Of a stretch of DNA of 64,000 nucleotides, positions 41,725-60,242 are shown one piece after another. This DNA comes from Eledone cirrhosa. Taxonomy: Eukaryota. The position numbers were made by a program, and so were the translations under genes. Each line of letters begins with the position of its first letter. Within the stretch, counting starts at the first letter, position 1. The DNA lies in the NCBI GenBank assembly GCA_964016885.1, contig OZ024765.1, positions 20,770,001-20,834,000 on the forward strand, read 5' to 3'. Under the pieces are notes generated by a model, which had not been told where the DNA came from, did not search any database, and was given only the letters and a program-made list of their open reading frames with translations.

Positions 41725-42290
41725 AGAGAGGAGGTCTCTAGAGAGCGGGTAGGTCGCTAAAGAGGGGGTAGGTTGAGAGGGTCTCTAGAGAGAGGAAGGT
41801 TAGGTTTAGGAGGTCTCTAAAGAGAGGAGGGTTGGGTTTAGGAGGTCTCTAGTGAGAGGAGGGTTAGGTTTAAGTGGTCTCTAGAGAGAGGAGGCTTAGG
41901 TTTAAGTGGTCTCTAGAGAGAGGAGGCTTAGGTTTAGGTGGTCTCTAGAGAGAGGAGGGTTAGGTTTAGGTGGTCTCTAGAGAGAGGAGGCTTAGGTTTA
42001 GGTGGTCTCTAGAGAAAGGAGGGTTAGGAGGTCTCTAGAGAGAGGAGGGTTAGGAGGTCGCTAGAGGGAGGTAGGTTGAGGAGGTCTATAGAGGGGAGTA
42101 GGTTCAGAGGGTCTTAACAGGGGGAGGAGGTCTTTAGAGGGGGATAGGTTGAGAGGGTCTCAAGAAGGGGGAGGAGGTCTCTAGATGGGGCAGGCTGAGG
42201 TCTCTAGAGAGGGGGGAAGGGTTGAGAGGGTCTCAAGAGAGGGGAGGACATCTCCAGAAAGGGGGAGTCTCTAGTAAGTTGAAGGAGGGA
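41725..42290 (+). repeat. G-rich ~29-30-bp minisatellite
   Basis: Unit ggtctctagagagaggagggttaggtttagg(t/a); most homogeneous at 41800-42060. Confidence 0.9.
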
Positions 42291-42513
42291 GTCTAATAAA
42301 AATGTCTGTTTTACCAAAAACACTGGAATTTCATTATTTCCAAATTATTGATTATTTCTTGTCTGTTCAAAGATATTTCTCAATCGATTGGAACTGTTTC
42401 TCTCTAACACTATTTCTCTCCCACTATCCCTATCTCTTTTTCCCCATCTCTCTTTCTCTCACTTTCTCTCTCTCTGTATATATATATAAACATGTGTACA
42501 TCTTTCCGTCTCA

Positions 42514-42546
<33 letters not shown>

Positions 42547-42920
42547 GTAAATGGTTGCTGTTTTACTTGAAGGACATGATGTTTCAATTTACTTTCAGTC
42601 TTGTGTGGTGGTGGTGTGTTAGTGGTGGTGGTGTGTTAGTGGTATTGGTTGTGGTGATGTCTGCTGGTGGCGGTGGTGTGTTAGTGGTATTGGTTGTGGT
42701 GATGGGTGGCAGTGATGGCGACGGTGGTGGTGATGTCTGCTGGTGGTGGTGTGTTAGTGGTATTGGTTGTGGTGTTGTGTGGCAGTGATGGCGACGGTGG
42801 CGGTGGTAAGAGGGGGCAGGGGAGAGATGTGATTGTAAGGTAATGACTTACTAGGTAGTGTATATAGGTTCCATGTAAATTTGTTGATGTTTCAGTTCAC
42901 CTAATTGACTGTCTTAGTAG

Positions 42921-42977
<57 letters not shown>

Positions 42978-42994
42978 TATATATATATATATAC

Positions 42995-44760
42995 AAATCA
43001 GAGAGAGAATTGACCTAGATGAAATGCAGTTCGGGTTTGTGTCAGGCAAAAGTACCACAGACGCTCTTTTCATAGTACGACAACTACAGGAGAAGTACCT
43101 AGCTAAAGGTAAACCCCTCTACTTAGCTTTTGTCGACTTGGAGAAAGCCTTCGACAGAGTCCCCCGCTCCATTATCTGGTGGGCTCTTAGAAAACTAGGT
43201 GTTGACGAATGGCTTGTGAGGGCTATACAAGCCATGTATAAAGAAACAGTCAGCAAGGTTAGAATTAACAACGAATATAGTGAAGAGTTTAGCGTAAAAG
43301 TTGGCGTCCATCAGGGCTCTGTTCTCAGCCCCCTACTATTTATTATTGTCCTTCAGGCTATAACAGAGGAGTTCAAGACAGGCTGCCCATGGGAACTCCT
43401 ATACGCAGACGACCTGACACTCATAGCGGAATCAATGGCCGAGCTAGAGAAGAAATTCCAAACATGGAAGCACGGCCTAGAGTCAAAAGGACTTAAAATT
43501 AACCTGGCTAAGACCAAAGTACTAGTTTGTAGGAAAGAAAACAAGGCGGCGGTCCCTTCTGGGAAATGGTCGTGCTCGGTGTGTAGGAAAGGCGTAGGTA
43601 GAAACTCCATTTTATGTCCTAAATGCAAGGTATGGGTGCATAAAAGATGTAGTGGGATCACAGGTAAGCTAACTAAGAACATAGATTTTACATGTGGCCG
43701 GTGTTCTGGTGCAATAAGTAGCAGCAAGTGCCCACAAAATACTAGCTCTTTCAATTGCGCAGAGGGTTCTATAGAAATAGTGGACAGCTTCCGTTACCTG
43801 GGCGATAAAATCAGCAGTGGGGGAGGGTGCTCTAAAAGTACTGTAGCTAGAGTCAGAACAGGTTGGAAAAAGTTCAGAGAGCTTATACCACTATTAGCTG
43901 CTAAAGGGTTCTCCCTAAAAATGAAAGGCAGGTTGTACGATGCCTGCATACGAACAGCAATGCTGCATGGCAGTGAGACCTGGGCATTGTGTGCAGAGGA
44001 TATACGCAGACTAGAGAGGAACGAAGCTTGCATGCTCCGCTGGATGTGTAACAGTAATATACGTGAACGGCAAAGCATAAACGAACTAAGGAAAAAATTA
44101 GAGATAAGAGGGATCAGATGTTGTTTACTCGAGAGAAGGCTACGTTGGTATGGACACGTGATGCGCATGAAAGTCGATAGCTGTATAACAAAGTGCAGGG
44201 CAATAAAGATAGACGGTAGTCACGGAATAGGCAGACCTAGAAAAACCTGGGACGAGCTGATAAACTCCGACATCACACACTTACACCTCTCCAAGACAAT
44301 GTCACTGGACCGAGACCTTTGGCGGTACTCAGTAACAGAGAAGACCCGCCTTACCTAAATATATAGTAAAACCTACTCCAGCCAGTAGGCATCTCTAACA
44401 AAATACACCCCGTCCCACCACCACCAGCTCCACCCCATCCACACCACCCCGTTCTATGTAAAGTTATGTTGGTGCCGCGCCATCGAGGCCGAAACAAATG
44501 AGATCGTGTAGGTGTCACGACAAAAAAACACACAGTCCACGCTGTAATGTGGCCGTGTAGGCAACACGGTAAAAACCTCCCAGACCCACACTGTAAATGT
44601 GGTTGGTGTTAGGAAGGGCATCCAACTGTAGAAAACCTGCCAGACAGTCCTATGCGAGCAAGACAATCACTCTTGCCTCAAGTGGGACTACCCCCGTCCA
44701 AACCCATGCAAGCGTGGAACACGGACGTTAAACATTGATGATGATGATGATGATGATGAT
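42995..44760 (+). mobile_element. RTE-C LINE, 5'-truncated, with PHD finger in the RT
   Basis: ORF 43024-44358: QFGF, DLEKAFDRV, GVHQGS, YADD, C4HC3 insert, FRYLG, GSETW, GRPRKTW. 3' region ends in (GAT)n. Confidence 0.93.
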
Positions 44761-44775
44761 ACACACATATATATA

Positions 44776-44817
<42 letters not shown>

Positions 44818-44832
44818 TATATATATATACAC

Positions 44833-44899
<67 letters not shown>

Positions 44900-45020
44900 T
44901 ATATATACACACACACACATATATATACACACACACATATATATACACACACACATATATATATATATACACACACACATATATATACACACACACATAT
45001 ATATATATATATACACACAC

Positions 45021-45071
<51 letters not shown>

Positions 45072-45211
45072 CATACACACACACATATATATATATACAC
45101 ACACACATATATATATACATACACACACACATATATATATACATATATATACACACATATATATATATATACATATATACACATATATATATACATATAT
45201 ACACACATATA

Positions 45212-45243
<32 letters not shown>

Positions 45244-45286
45244 CATATATATATACATATATATATACATATATATATATATATAC

Positions 45287-45339
<53 letters not shown>

Positions 45340-45661
45340 CATAGATATATACACACACATATATATATATATACATATATAAATATACATACACACACAC
45401 ATATATATAGATATAGATACATACATATATATATATATATATATACACACACATATATATAGATATAGATACATACATATATATATATATATACATATAT
45501 ATACACATATATATACATATACATACACATATATATATACATACATATATACATATACATACACATACATATATACATATACATACACATATATATATAC
45601 ATATACATACACATATATATATACATATACATACACATATATATATACATATACATACACA

Positions 45662-45695
<34 letters not shown>

Positions 45696-46216
45696 CATAC
45701 ACATATATATATATATACACACATATATATATATACATACACATATATATATATATATACATACACACATATATATATACACACATATATATATATATAT
45801 ATACATACACATATATATATATACATACACATATATATATATATACATACACATACATATATACATACACATATATATATATATATACATACACATATAT
45901 ATATATACATACACATATATATATATATACATACACATATATATATATATACATACACATACATATATACATACACATATATATATATACATACACATAT
46001 ATATATATATATATACATACACATATATATATATATACATACACATATATATATATATATACATACACATATATATATATATATACATACACATATATAT
46101 ATATATACATACACATATATATATACATACACATATATATATACATACACATATATATATACATACACATATATATATATATATATACATACACATATAT
46201 ATATATATATATACAT

Positions 46217-46259
<43 letters not shown>

Positions 46260-46810
46260 TATATATATATATATACACACATTTATATATACATACACAT
46301 ATATATATACATATATATTTATATATACATACACATATATATATATATATACACATATATATATATATACATACACATATATATATATATATATACACAT
46401 ATATATATATACATACACATATATATATATATATATATATACATACACATATTTATATACATACACATATATATACATATACATATATACTTATGTATAT
46501 ATATACATATACATACATATATATATACATATATATACATATATATACATACACATATATATACATATATATATACAAACACAAAACCAACCACGCATAT
46601 CTTTACTATCTCTAATCCTTCTATAGATTTAGAAAAATAACCAATAATATATTCTATAAAAATGTCAAAACAACAGATGGGAATCTAATTAATCACTGCC
46701 ACCAAGAATTCTCACTGCTATCGAAAAACCACTCCTTCAACTATTCTTCTAACAACTTCACCCCTTCCTCCTAATATTCTCTATAAAAACTAAATAGGTC
46801 CTCAGTAATA

Positions 46811-46927
46811 TTATTCTGATGAAATGACAGTAAATAATAACATTGAAATATTGAATGTCTGCATAACTAAAAGTTTGTAGATAGCTGTTTTAGGTTATGT
46901 AACTGTTATAGAAACACGTGTCAATAA
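46811..46927 (+). ncRNA. Type-I hammerhead with ~90-nt branched stem II (PLE remnant ~46575-47070)
   Basis: TTATT CTGATGA a ATGACAGT...ACTGTTAT a GAAAC ACGT GTC AATAA. Upstream is a decayed LEK..NNRWE..HCH sequence resembling the Penelope endonuclease end. Confidence 0.8.
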
Positions 46928-47404
46928 ATTCCTTTCAACTAAACTGTATCCATTCAAATCTTTCTATTTTTCTCCGGATTACTTTTGGAACTACAACTGG
47001 AACCGTCGAGCAAACTCTACGTGAGCTGATAATCTACTGTGTGTAATATTTATATTACAACACAACGGAAAATACTGTATATATATATATACATATATAT
47101 ATATACTTATGTATATATATACATATACATACATATATATATACATATATATATACTTATGTATATATATACATATACATACATATATATATATACATCA
47201 TCGGAACAAATAATGAGTAATTAGAAAGATTGACAGCACGAGCAAGGCAGAAGGTGGAACAGGTCTATTCATGTTGTCATCTCTTAGACAACCGTTGATG
47301 CTTGGATTTTGTGTATGATATACATATATATATATATAGTGTATCCAGTACAGTGAATTACTGGTACTGGTACCAAATCAAGCACTCTATCCACAGGCAG
47401 AATA

Positions 47405-49149
<1,745 letters not shown>

Positions 49150-49342
49150 GAAAAAAAAAATGAGGAAGTTTCGTTTACATATTAAAAAAAATTATTGTGT
49201 ATCGACCTGTTACATGTGTTTCACAGGGGATTGGCTCAAGGTAACCCATAGGAGTTATGGACCTGACCCCATTATTGATCTGCTCAACAGAAGAGTGTTG
49301 TTTATCTCAGTTGTTATATAGTAACTTCCTGATGATAAGCAG

Positions 49343-49666
49343 ATCCTTACGGGGTCGATAAAATAAAGTACCAGTAATACACTGGGTTAATTGCTGGCCT
49401 TGTGCCTAACGTAGAAACAATTATTATTATTATTATTATAGGGCGGTGGATTGGCAGTATTGGTAGAGGGTCGGACGCCATGCTTTCCAGCATAGAGTTA
49501 CGGCCCTTTACGGTCTCAGTTCAAATCCCGCCGAAGTTAACTTTGCCTTTCATCCTTACGGGGGTCGATAAAATAAAGTACCAGTAATGTACTGGTGTTG
49601 ATTTAATCTAATTCCCCCTCCCCCAGAATTGCTGGCCTTGTGCCTATATAGGAAACCAATATTATT
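49343..49666 (+). mobile_element. tRNA-derived SINE2: 3' half (49343-49439) plus full copy (49441-49666)
   Basis: A box TGGCAGTATTGG, B box GTTCAAATCC, body ctttgcctttcatcc...ggggtcgataaaataaagtaccag, (ATT)n tail; resembles octopus SINEs. Confidence 0.85.
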
Positions 49667-49877
49667 TACGTATCTTCAATTCCAATTAGATATAAATATT
49701 TAATAGAAGCTTGTTAAATATTCATTACAGTCTCGTTAGGATTAACAATGAAATGATGGTGATGATGATGATGATAGATAGATGGGGAAAAGAAAGAAAA
49801 GAAAAACCACAAAAGATGGCTGCCGTGCATAAACACACACCTGCATATATATATATATATATACACATATATAGATG

Positions 49878-49908
<31 letters not shown>

Positions 49909-49976
49909 ATATATATATACATGTATATATATATACATGTATATATATATATATATATACATGTATATATATATAT

Positions 49977-50014
<38 letters not shown>

Positions 50015-50122
50015 ATATATATATACATGTATATATATATATATATACATGTATATATATATATACATGTATATATATATATATATACATGTATATATAT
50101 ATATACATGTATATATATATAC

Positions 50123-50175
<53 letters not shown>

Positions 50176-50184
50176 CATATATAC

Positions 50185-50219
<35 letters not shown>

Positions 50220-50246
50220 CATATATATACATGTATATATATATAC

Positions 50247-50335
<89 letters not shown>

Positions 50336-50482
50336 CATGTATATATATATACATGTATATATATATACATATATATATACATACATATATATATACATGT
50401 ATATATATATATACGTATATATATATATATACGTATATATATATATACATATATATATACATATATACATATATATATATAT

Positions 50483-51619
50483 ACAGTCGCAGCAAATGGG
50501 GCCCTCTCGAGGGAAACACCGATAACAAGTGGGGTGCCTCAGGGGACAGTCCTGGGACCACTACTGTTTTTGGTGGCTCTCTCGGACATGCCCTCTGTGG
50601 TGCATGCAACAACATCCCTCACTAGCTATGTTGATGACACTAAGGTAGCACAGGCAATCAAAAACCCGGCTGACGCTGCCCTCTTACAGCAGGATCTGGA
50701 TGCCATATACAGATGGGCGGAAGAAAACAACATGCAGTTTAATGCTGGCAAATTCCAAGCCCTACAATACAAACCTGCAAACACAAACACAAATATAGCG
50801 GAACACAGCTACACAGGACCAGGAGGGACCGATATCCCCGTGTCAAAATCGATACGAGACCTGGGCATAGACATGAGCGATGATGCATCTTTTTCTTCAC
50901 ACATCATGAAGGTGGCGACAGCATGTAGACGATTCGCTGGCTGGATCTTGAGGACTTTCCTTACAAGAGATCGAGACACCATGTTGACACTGTGGAGGAC
51001 TTTTGTCCTGAGCCGCCTGGACTACTGCTCCCAGCTGTGGTCACCCCATAGTGTCAAACTAACCACGGAGCTTGAGGCAATCCAGCGAAGCTACGCCAAG
51101 AGGATTGCCAAGATGAGGGAGACAAGCTACTGGGAGAGGCTGAAGGAACTGAACCTCTACTACTTGGAGCGAAGACGGGAGAGATACGCAGTGATCTACA
51201 TGTGGAAAATCCTGGAGGGACTTGCACCAAACTTTGGCATTGGGAGCTGGACCAACCGTCGAACAGGACGTCACTGTGTGGTGCCAAAGGTCCCGTCTTC
51301 CACATCTAGAATAAGGAGCAGGTATTGCAATAGCCTGGGATTCAGGGGCCCTCAACTCTTCAACAGGCTGCCGAGGCATCTGCGAGACTTGCATGAGGTG
51401 GAGGTGGATGTCTTTAAGAAACATCTCGACACCTTGTTATCCAGGATCCCGGATGAGCCCACAGCAAGACACGAGGGAAACCTAAGGGCAGGAGCAACAA
51501 ACTCCCTCCTACACCAGTGGCCAACCTATACAGGCTGGAGATAAAATGTGTAGCAACAAGGGCGGTGCCCCAGCATGGCCTCAGCCGGATGGCTGAAACA
51601 GGTAAAAGAGTAAAAGAGT
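50483..51619 (+). mobile_element. CR1-like LINE family B, 5'-truncated
   Basis: [35 protein letters not shown]; 3' end (GTAAAAGA)2 running into (TA)n. Confidence 0.93.
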
Positions 51620-51655
51620 ATATATATATATACATATATATATATACATATATAC

Positions 51656-51704
<49 letters not shown>

Positions 51705-51769
51705 CATATATACATATATACATATATATATATATACATATATACATATATACATATATACATATATAC

Positions 51770-51836
<67 letters not shown>

Positions 51837-51849
51837 CATATATATATAC

Positions 51850-51880
<31 letters not shown>

Positions 51881-51883
51881 CAC

Positions 51884-51956
<73 letters not shown>

Positions 51957-52044
51957 CATATATATACATGTATATATATATATACATATATATATATACA
52001 TATATATATATACATGTATATATATATATACATATATATACATG

Positions 52045-52112
<68 letters not shown>

Positions 52113-52294
52113 CATATATATATACATACACATATATACATACATGTATATATATATATACATATATATATACATATATATATACATATATATATACATA
52201 CACATATATACATACATGTATATATATATATATATACATACACATATATACATACATGTATATATATATATATATATACACATATATACATACA

Positions 52295-52326
<32 letters not shown>

Positions 52327-52655
52327 CATACATGTATATATATATATATACATATATATATACATACATGTATATATATATATATACATATATATATACA
52401 TACATGTATATATATATATATACATATATATATACATACATGTATATATATATATACATGTATATATACATACATGTATATATATATATATACATGTATA
52501 TATATATATACATATATATATACATATATATATACATATATATATATATACATATATATATACATATATATATACATATATATATACATATATATATACA
52601 TATATATATACATATATATATACATACATATATATATACATACATATATATATAC

Positions 52656-52734
<79 letters not shown>

Positions 52735-52749
52735 CATATATATATATAC

Positions 52750-52780
<31 letters not shown>

Positions 52781-52972
52781 CATATATATATATACATATA
52801 TATATACATACATACATATATATATACATACATACATACATATATATATACATACATACATATACATATATATATATACATATATATATATACATACATA
52901 TATATATATACATATATATATATACATATATATATATACATATATATATATACATACATATATATATACATA

Positions 52973-53013
<41 letters not shown>

Positions 53014-53089
53014 ACATATATATATATACATATATATATATACATATATATATATACATATATATATATACATATATATATATACATAC

Positions 53090-53152
<63 letters not shown>

Positions 53153-54155
53153 CATATATATATACATATACATATACACATATATATATATACATATATA
53201 TACATATATATATACATATACATATACATATATATATATACATATATATATACATATACATATACATATAAATATATACATATATATACATATATATATA
53301 TACATATATATATATCCATATATATATATACATATATATATATAAATATATATATATATACACATATATATATACATATACATATATATACACATATATA
53401 TATACATATACATATATATATATATACACATATATATATACATATACATATATATATATATACACATATATATATACATATACATATATATATATATACA
53501 TATATATATATACATATACATATATATATATATACACATATATATATACATATACATATATATATATATACATATATATATACATATACATATATATTAT
53601 ATACATATACATATATATATATATACATATACATATATATACATATACATATATATATATACATATACATATATATATATACATATACATATATATATAT
53701 ACATATACATATATATATACATATACATATATATATATACATATACATATATATATATACATATACATATATATATACATATATATATACATATATATAT
53801 ACATATACATATATATATACAAATACATATATATATACATATACATATATATATACATATACATATATATATACATATATATATACATATACATATATAT
53901 ATACATATACATATATATATACATATACATATATATATACATATACATATATATATACATATACATATATATATACATATACATATATATATACATATAT
54001 ATTATACATATACATATATATATACATATACATATACATATACGTATACATATATATATACATATACATATATATATACATATATATATACATATACATA
54101 TATATATATATACATATACATATATATATATATATACATATATATATACATATAC

Positions 54156-54210
<55 letters not shown>

Positions 54211-54309
54211 CATATATATATACATATATATATACATATACATATATATATACATATACATATATATATATATATATACATATATATATACATATATATA
54301 TACATATAC

Positions 54310-54367
<58 letters not shown>

Positions 54368-54395
54368 ATACATATACATATATATATACATATAC

Positions 54396-54429
<34 letters not shown>

Positions 54430-54570
54430 ATACATATACATATATATATATACATATACATATATATATACATATACATATATATATAATATATATATAT
54501 ATATACATATACATATACATATATATATATACATATATATATACATATATACATATACATATATATATAC

Positions 54571-54616
<46 letters not shown>

Positions 54617-54732
54617 ATATATATATACATATATATATACATATACAGATATATATATATATATACATATATATATACATATATATATACATATATATAT
54701 ACATATATATATACATATATATATACATATAC

Positions 54733-54782
<50 letters not shown>

Positions 54783-54953
54783 ATATACATATACATATAT
54801 ATATATACATATACATATATATATACATATATATATATACATGTATATACATACATATACACATATATATACATACATATACACATATATATACATGTAT
54901 ATACATACATATACACATATATATACATGTATATACATACATATACACATATA

Positions 54954-54990
<37 letters not shown>

Positions 54991-55011
54991 GTATATATAA
55001 ATATACATATA

Positions 55012-55279
55012 TCATCATCATCAACGTTTAACGTCCGTGTTCCACGCTTGCATGGGTTTGGACGGGAGTTTTCCCACTTGAGGCAAGAGTGATTGTCTTG
55101 CTCGCATAGGACTGTCTGGCGGGTTTTCTACAGCTGGATGCCCTTCCTAACACCAACCACATTTACAGTGTGGGGCTGGGAGGTTTTTACCATGTTACCT
55201 ACATGGCCACATTACAGCGTGGACTGTGTGTTTCTTTGTCGAGACACCTACACGACCTCATTTGTTTCGGCCTGGATGT
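55012..55279 (-). mobile_element. RTE-C-type 3' region copy
   Basis: Reverse complement of 44480-44760. Confidence 0.85.
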
Positions 55280-55343
55280 TATATACATATATATAAATAT
55301 ACATATATACATATATAGATACATATACACACATACATATATA

Positions 55344-55380
<37 letters not shown>

Positions 55381-55382
<2 letters not shown>

Positions 55383-55455
55383 GTAGGAGGTGAGTTTTAT
55401 TGTAGTACAATAACGCAATGCAGATATCGGATAAGAAGCACTCTACAGTTTGTAG
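55381..55455 (-). mobile_element. Solo tail of the PLE family at 62692-62880
   Basis: Reverse complement of 62808-62882. Confidence 0.75.
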
Positions 55456-55673
55456 ATATATATACATATATATATATTCATATATATATATATATTCATA
55501 TATATATATATATTCATATATATATATTCATATATATATATATTCATATATATATATATTCATATATATATATATTCATATATATATATATTCATATATA
55601 TATATATTCATATATATATATATTCATATATATATATATTCATATATATATATATTCATATATATATATATTC

Positions 55674-55705
<32 letters not shown>

Positions 55706-55739
55706 TCATATATATATATATACATATATATATATATTC

Positions 55740-55770
<31 letters not shown>

Positions 55771-55787
55771 CATATATATATATATTC

Positions 55788-55834
<47 letters not shown>

Positions 55835-55993
55835 CATATATATATATTCATATATATATATACATATATATATATTCATATATATATATTCATATATATA
55901 TATTCATATATATATATTCATATATATATATACATATATATATAAAATAAAGTTAAATAAAAGTCAAATGATTAAAATTTAGCTTCGTTTATT

Positions 55994-56048
55994 ACTGCTA
56001 TATATATTTCAGTGACAGCCATCTTTGGCTGTGACCTCTTCAGGCAGT
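55994..56048 (-). ncRNA. Minimal type-I hammerhead (PLE remnant ~55944-56160)
   Basis: ACTGC CTGAAGA GGTcACAGCC aaagat GGCTGTcACT GAAA T ATAT A TA GCAGT AATAAA. Confidence 0.85.
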
Positions 56049-56162
56049 TTGAATTAGTATGGTATAGACAAGTACATATGTTGTTTAGGTGTATGATATT
56101 GTCAATACTCTGATATGCCCAGTTCCTTGCTGGGTTGTTAATTCACTGGGGAACTGGAGTCA

Positions 56163-56228
<66 letters not shown>

Positions 56229-56261
56229 CATATATACATATATATATATACATATATATAT

Positions 56262-56294
<33 letters not shown>

Positions 56295-56564
56295 TATATA
56301 CATCTATATATACATCTATACATCTATATATACATCTATATATACACATCTATATATACATCTATATATACATATATATATATACATATATATATACACA
56401 TCAATATATACATCTATATATACATCTATATATACATATATACATATATATATACATATATATATACATATATATATACATATATATATACATATATATA
56501 TACATATATCTATATATACATATATCTATATATACATATATATATATATATACATTTATATATA

Positions 56565-58228
56565 TAACTTTGAATAACTTTGAAATGTTTTGGCCAGTAT
56601 TGGCCCAGGCCATGTCTAACTTAATAGCACCACCTGGCGAAGTCTTTCAATTCAGGATTTGGGCACCATGGCCCATTCGAGAAGAGAATTACTGTTTGTG
56701 GAGACATATCCGGGTGTGGGTGGTTTGTCCGGGATTACTTGGAGGAATTTGTCCAAAGACTTCTTGAATTTTGTGTGGTCAGTTTCTGTTTTGACGTGTC
56801 CTGGTGTGATGTTGAAGAGAGCAGGGCCGATTGAGGTGAAATAATTGTGCCGTATTGTTGTTATGAGTTGCGATTTAGATTTTTGAATGGGACGGATAGC
56901 ACGGGGCCCAAGCCTTGGGTGTATCTTGAAGGCGATGCCAACATCATTTGGGCAGTGATGATGGAACATTTTCCACATCATGCAGATAATATAACGCTCA
57001 CGGCGACGTTGGAGTGAGTAAAGTTTCAGGTTTTCTAATCGACCCCAGTAGTCAAGGTCTGACATGCCATCTATCTTTTTCGTGATTGCCCTTTGAGGAG
57101 CTTCAAGTTTCATGATACTTTGTTTCGTGTGGGGAGACCACAGTGGACAACAGTATTCAAGGTGTGGTCGGGCGAAAGTAGAGAAGAGAAGGATAATGGT
57201 GCGGGAATCTCTCGACTGGAAGGTTCTGAGGATCCAGGAACACATTCTGCGGGCCATGTCAACTTTGCTGCTTATATGCGTGGTCCAGCTTATGTTGCTG
57301 TCCACGGTTACTCCCAAGTCTCTGATGTTGTTAGATGCCACGAGAGTTTCCCCGGAGGGAAGGGAGTACGGGAGTTTCAGAGCATCCTCTTTTACAAAGT
57401 GGATCAGTTCGAATTTGTCTTCGTTCAGTAACATGTTGTTCTTTTCTGCCCATTGGGTAACAGCCAGTAGGTCTGACTGAAGGCTTATCCGGTCATCCAC
57501 GCCATTGATGACCTTTTGGAGCTTGGAATCATCAGCGAAAATTTTAATGTTGCTGTGTTTGATGATGTCAGTGATGTCATTAATATAGATGATGAAGAGA
57601 AGTGGGCCCAACACAGTGCCTTGTGGGACCCCACTACTGACTTTGGCTGGGCTTGATTTGACTCCCTCAACTACAACATGTTGGGTTCTGTTTGACAGGA
57701 AGCTCTTGATCCACTGCAGCAGCTTTCCAGTGACACCAATATTGGACAGCTTTCTCAGTAGAATGTTATGATCAACCCTGTCAAAGGCCTTGCTGAAATC
57801 AAGGTAGATAACATCAGTGTTGGAACCCTCTCCCAAGGCTCTCAAAATGTCATCAAAGTGATGCAGTAGCTGCGTCAGGCAATCCCTTCCATTACGGAAT
57901 CCATGCTGGTTGGAGTTCAGCATATTGTTACTCTCAAGGAAGTGGGTCATTCGCGATCTCACCACTCGCTCAAATACCTTAATGATATGAGAGGTGAGTG
58001 AGATTGGACGGTAATTCACGGCAAGGGATTTGTTTCCCTTTTTGAAAACTGGGACAACAGACTGGGATAGAAGGTTTTCTGGCACATATCCAGCATCCAG
58101 TGAGTTCCGCCACAGATTGGCAAGAGGAGATGCAAGTTGGTGTTGACACGCCTTCAAGAAACAAGCAGTGAACCTTTCGGGACCTACTGCTGAATTATGC
58201 TTGATTTCCTTTATTGCCGCCAAGACAT
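56565..58228 (-). mobile_element. CR1-like LINE family A, copy 4 (inverted)
   Basis: Near-identical to 4477-6140. Confidence 0.95.
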
Positions 58229-60139
58229 ATATACATATACATATATATACATACATATACATATATACATATATATATACATACATATACATATACATAT
58301 ATACATATACATATATACATATATATATACATATATACATATACATATATACATATATATATACATATACATATATACATATATATATATACATATACAT
58401 ATATACATATATATATATACATATACATATATACATATATATATATATACATATACATACATACATATACATATATACATATACATACATATATATATAT
58501 ACATATACATATATACATATATATATATACATATACACATATACATATACACATATACATATATACATATACATATATACATATATACATATACATATAT
58601 ATATATACATATATATATATACATATATATATATACATATATATATACACATATATATATACACATATATATATACACATATATATATACACATATATAT
58701 ATACACATATATATATACACATATATATATATACACATATATATATACACACATATATATATACATATATATATACATATATATATACATATATATATAC
58801 ATATATATATACATATATATATACATATATATATACATATATATATACATATATATATACATATATATATACATATATATATACATATATATATACATAT
58901 ATATATACATATATATATACATATATATATACATATATATATACATATATATATACATATATATATACATATATATATACATATATATATACATATACAT
59001 ATACATATATATATACATATACATATATATATACATATATACATATATATATACATATATATATACATATATATATACATATATACATATATATATACAT
59101 ATATATATACATATATATATACATATATACATATATATATACATATATACATATATATATATACATATACATATACATATACATACATATATACATATAC
59201 ATATACATATATATACATATATACATATATACATATACACATATATATATATACATATACATATATACATATATATATATACATATACATATATACATAT
59301 ACATATATACATATACATATACATATATACATATACACATATACATATACACATATACATATATACATATACATATATACATATACATATATACATATAC
59401 ACATATACATATATACATATACATATATACATATACATATATACATATACATATATACATATACATATATACATATACATATATACATATACATATATAC
59501 ATATACATATATACATATACATATATACATATACATATATACATATACACATATACATATATACATATACATATATACATATACATATATACATATACAT
59601 ATATACATATACATATATACATATACATATATACATATACATATATACATATACATATATACATATACATATATACATATACATATATACATATACATAT
59701 ACATATACACATATACATATATACATATACATATATATATATACATATATACATATACATATATACATATACATATACACATATACATATATACATATAT
59801 ATATATACACATATATATATATACATATATATATATACATATATATATATACATATATATATATACATATATATATATACATATATACATATACATATAT
59901 ACATATACATATATATATATATACATATATATATATACATATATATATATACATATATATATATACATATATATATATACATATATATATATACATATAT
60001 ATATATACATATATATATACATATATATATATACATATATACATATATATACATATATACACATATATATATATACATATATACATATATACACATATAT
60101 ATATATACATATATACACATATATATATATACATATATA

Positions 60140-60170
<31 letters not shown>

Positions 60171-60208
60171 ACATATATACACACATATATATATATATAT
60201 CCATATAT

Positions 60209-60242
<34 letters not shown>

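Noticed and set aside
41795-42060. Interstitial telomere array
   Set aside because: TTAGG motifs are embedded in a 30-bp unit, not tandem TTAGGG.
42846-42875. Possible first coding exon of the host gene (ATG...CTA|gtaagt, minus)
   Set aside because: Its phase does not match the 32204 acceptor and it would create a stop.
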